A DNA stretch of 64,000 bases from Basidiobolus meristosporus CBS 931.73 (taxonomy: Eukaryota; Fungi; Basidiobolomycota). The translations under genes and the position numbers were made by a program. The DNA is taken from NCBI GenBank assembly GCA_002104905.1, contig MCFE01000423.1, positions 1 to 64,000 of the forward strand. Reading direction: 5' to 3'. Positions 61,812-64,000 of the stretch are shown here, one piece after another (position 1 is the first letter of the stretch; each line of letters opens with the position of its first letter). The notes below the pieces were generated by a model that saw nothing but the letters and a program-made list of their open reading frames with translations, had not been told where the DNA came from and made no database searches.

Positions 61812-64000
61812 CAGTGTGACAATCAAAGAGGTGAAACCACCACAGTCTCCAATCATCACACAAAAGGTGACAAATACCACCAGCCAGTGAGATGGCAATT
61901 GCATTAGAGACACCAATAGCTTATTTGACAAGTGAAAGAATGTTAATTGCAACAAATGTATCCAAGCAACTGGAAGGAATCTCAATCCCTAAAGTATGGA
62001 TACCACCAGAATTTGGAACGCAAAGTCTGAGGTGCTTAGTGGCTAACAATGGGTGACACATGGTGTGGTAGTATATATGTTCAAGGAAGAGATACATCCA
62101 ACACTTCTCAATTGTTTTGTGTGTGGGGTGTTCACTGGGTGCAATAATCTTTGGCAAAAGCTTGCTAGGAATACTTGGGCTCTGTCTCTAATCTTATGTG
62201 ATGGGGAATAAAGCCACAAGCTTGTTAAGGGAAAACTATTGAGCTACAATCCCCAACTTAGTTGGTTTCTTAACAAAAGTATGTCCTGGGTTCAGCGTTG
62301 TGGTGGTGTAGAGGTACTCCTGGGAGAAGCTACACAACTCAAGGTGTGTGAGGTGTCTGATGGGTGCAATAACCTCTGTGTCCAAGCTGCTGGTGTCTTT
62401 GTCAATATGCCACTGGTAAAAGCTCCTGCTTCTCTAGCTTCCTAGGTGCTCCAAGTGTCTCCAAAGGCCTCTGTGTGTCTTGTGCACTACCCTGAAAAGC
62501 TCCTTGATTGCAGGTCTGAGATGTACTGTTGAAGGCAGGTGCAGTGATCAACTGCTAATCAATAAGGTAGAAGTGTTACTGATAGAAGGGATGATTTATT
62601 GATGAGGGATTGCTTTCCTTTAAATACTTTTCCTGATTGCCAAGTGATTACTAATGACAAGGTTCTAGAAGATTCTAGGTATCAGTGGAATTCTTGATGA
62701 CATTACTGATATACTGATAACCTAAACATATACTAATTGATTTGACTAAAAACTGATCTAACTTAAACATTCAAGCAGCAGATCATAACATACCCATCTA
62801 ATTTACTCCTAAAAGCTGCTCAAGATACACCCACACCAAAGGATATAAATGCAATGTTGGGATTCCTTAGATTGACTGGCTACTATTGCTGCATTGTCAA
62901 AAACTTTGTGATGATAGCAGCCCCCCTATACATATTGACACAAAAAGGCCAGTGTTTTGTGTCATTGGAGCCTCAAATTAATGCATTTGATCAGCTGATA
63001 CATTCCTTGATGTCACTACCAGCGTTACATTTTCCCATTTGAGATATGAGATTTTGTACTAACTGTGGTGGAAGTCTCACTGATACAGGCACCATACTGG
63101 GACAATACCACCAGCCTGGCAAATTCCACCCAATTGGCTATGTGAGTCATTTGTTAAGCAAATACAATTGTCACTACCTGTCACCAAGATAGCATATCTG
63201 GCTGTTGTTTATTCAATTAAACAACTCTATGCATACATACAGGGTCAGTAATTCATGATAGTAGCAGACCACAGATCACTGGTCTGGCTGATGAAAACTA
63301 AACACCTTTACCAGTTGACTAGCACATTGGGCCCTCTGACTACAAGAATACAACTTCAAAATAACTCATTGCACTGGAAAGAAACACCAGGATGCAGACT
63401 TCCTCAGTTGCTATCCTGTTTGCCAAGTACACATCAGCAATGACTGCAAGGATGTAATCTGCTTCAAAAGAAGGGGGAAGTACCCTAAACATGTTGCTAC
63501 AAACAAGCTGAGCAGAGACTTTTGAAGAAAATGGTGTCAGTTAAAAGTACCAGAATATCAATTATGGTTCCTCCAAGGACAGTTCAGAGCTGAGGTACCA
63601 CTGGTAACAGCCTGCAAAGAAATCACACAAGAAAGACATATGTCATTAGGACATGCTAACCCCCTAACAACAAATAAGATGTTAAGAAAGATGTTTATTG
63701 GAAAAAATTGATGACTGACATCACATATACATTACAAAGATGCTCCACCTGCAAAAGATTTAACTGGAGACAGAAGATAGGAACAACTGCACCAGTACTG
63801 GTTGACCTACCCTTCCACCAGGTAGGAATTGACTTTTTTGGCCCCTTTATGAAAGCAAAGAAAGGAGAACAATACACAACAATTGCTACCATCATTTCTC
63901 AAAGTAGGTAGAAGCCCAAGCTGTCCAAAATAAAGATCAGAAGACAACCACACAATTCTTTCCAGAACAACTGATCTACCAGCACAGACATCCTCTGATA
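61812..64000 (+). mobile_element. Ty3/Gypsy family B older copy, continuation (PR/RT linker, RH, IN 5' part; RT largely deleted; runs off the window)
   Basis: 61812-62060 matches the reverse complement of 59490-59780; 62825-64000 matches the reverse complement of 57470-58640. Interrupted by ~62070-62820. Confidence 0.88.
62701..62790 (-). mobile_element. Family A LTR 5' fragment
   Basis: Reverse complement of tgttatgatctgctgcttgaatgtttaagttagatcagtttttagtc... (51599). Confidence 0.85.

Noticed and set aside
21000-64000. Classical Neurospora-type RIP (CpA->TpA)
   Set aside because: Copy-to-copy differences are dominated by CG versus TG/CA, CpA remains abundant, and only occasional CAA->TAA or CAG->TAG changes were seen.

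Overview
Eukaryotic genomic DNA, most likely fungal: short GT-AG introns with CTAAC-type branch points, and a gene set suggesting an early-diverging lineage (inference). The window has two sharply different compartments. (1) About 1-19 kb is a gene-dense, CpG-rich block of host genes: a partial secreted PAF-acetylhydrolase-like hydrolase, a secreted large-subunit catalase, a TRP/Flc-like membrane protein, a DUF1647-like protein, RFWD3, RPC4/RPC53, NDUFS4, PAC3/PSMG3, RNASEH2B, 3-hydroxyanthranilate dioxygenase, a small basic protein and a GPI-type surface protein. (2) About 21-64 kb is a nested transposon field almost devoid of CpG except inside young insertions. It holds a PHIS-superfamily (Harbinger/ISL2EU/Pangu-like) DNA transposon family (two near-intact 3.4-kb copies, two decayed copies, two foldback MITEs, 3-bp AWT TSDs), Copia and CACTA-like relics, and two Ty3/Gypsy families. 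One Gypsy copy is complete (55041-61811, TSD CAGTG) and carries a previously unannotated ~390-codon third ORF. Comparing copies shows directly that repeats here are being destroyed by CpG-directed C->T mutation: the same ancestral CGA codon is TGA in one copy and CAA in another. The one intact transposase gene contains no CpG at all, while the rest of its element is CpG-rich. These observations (CpG-directed repeat mutagenesis, possible CpG-avoidance by the transposase, and the Gypsy ORF3) are the best candidates for new biology. All counts were made by eye; exon boundaries and relic coordinates are approximate.
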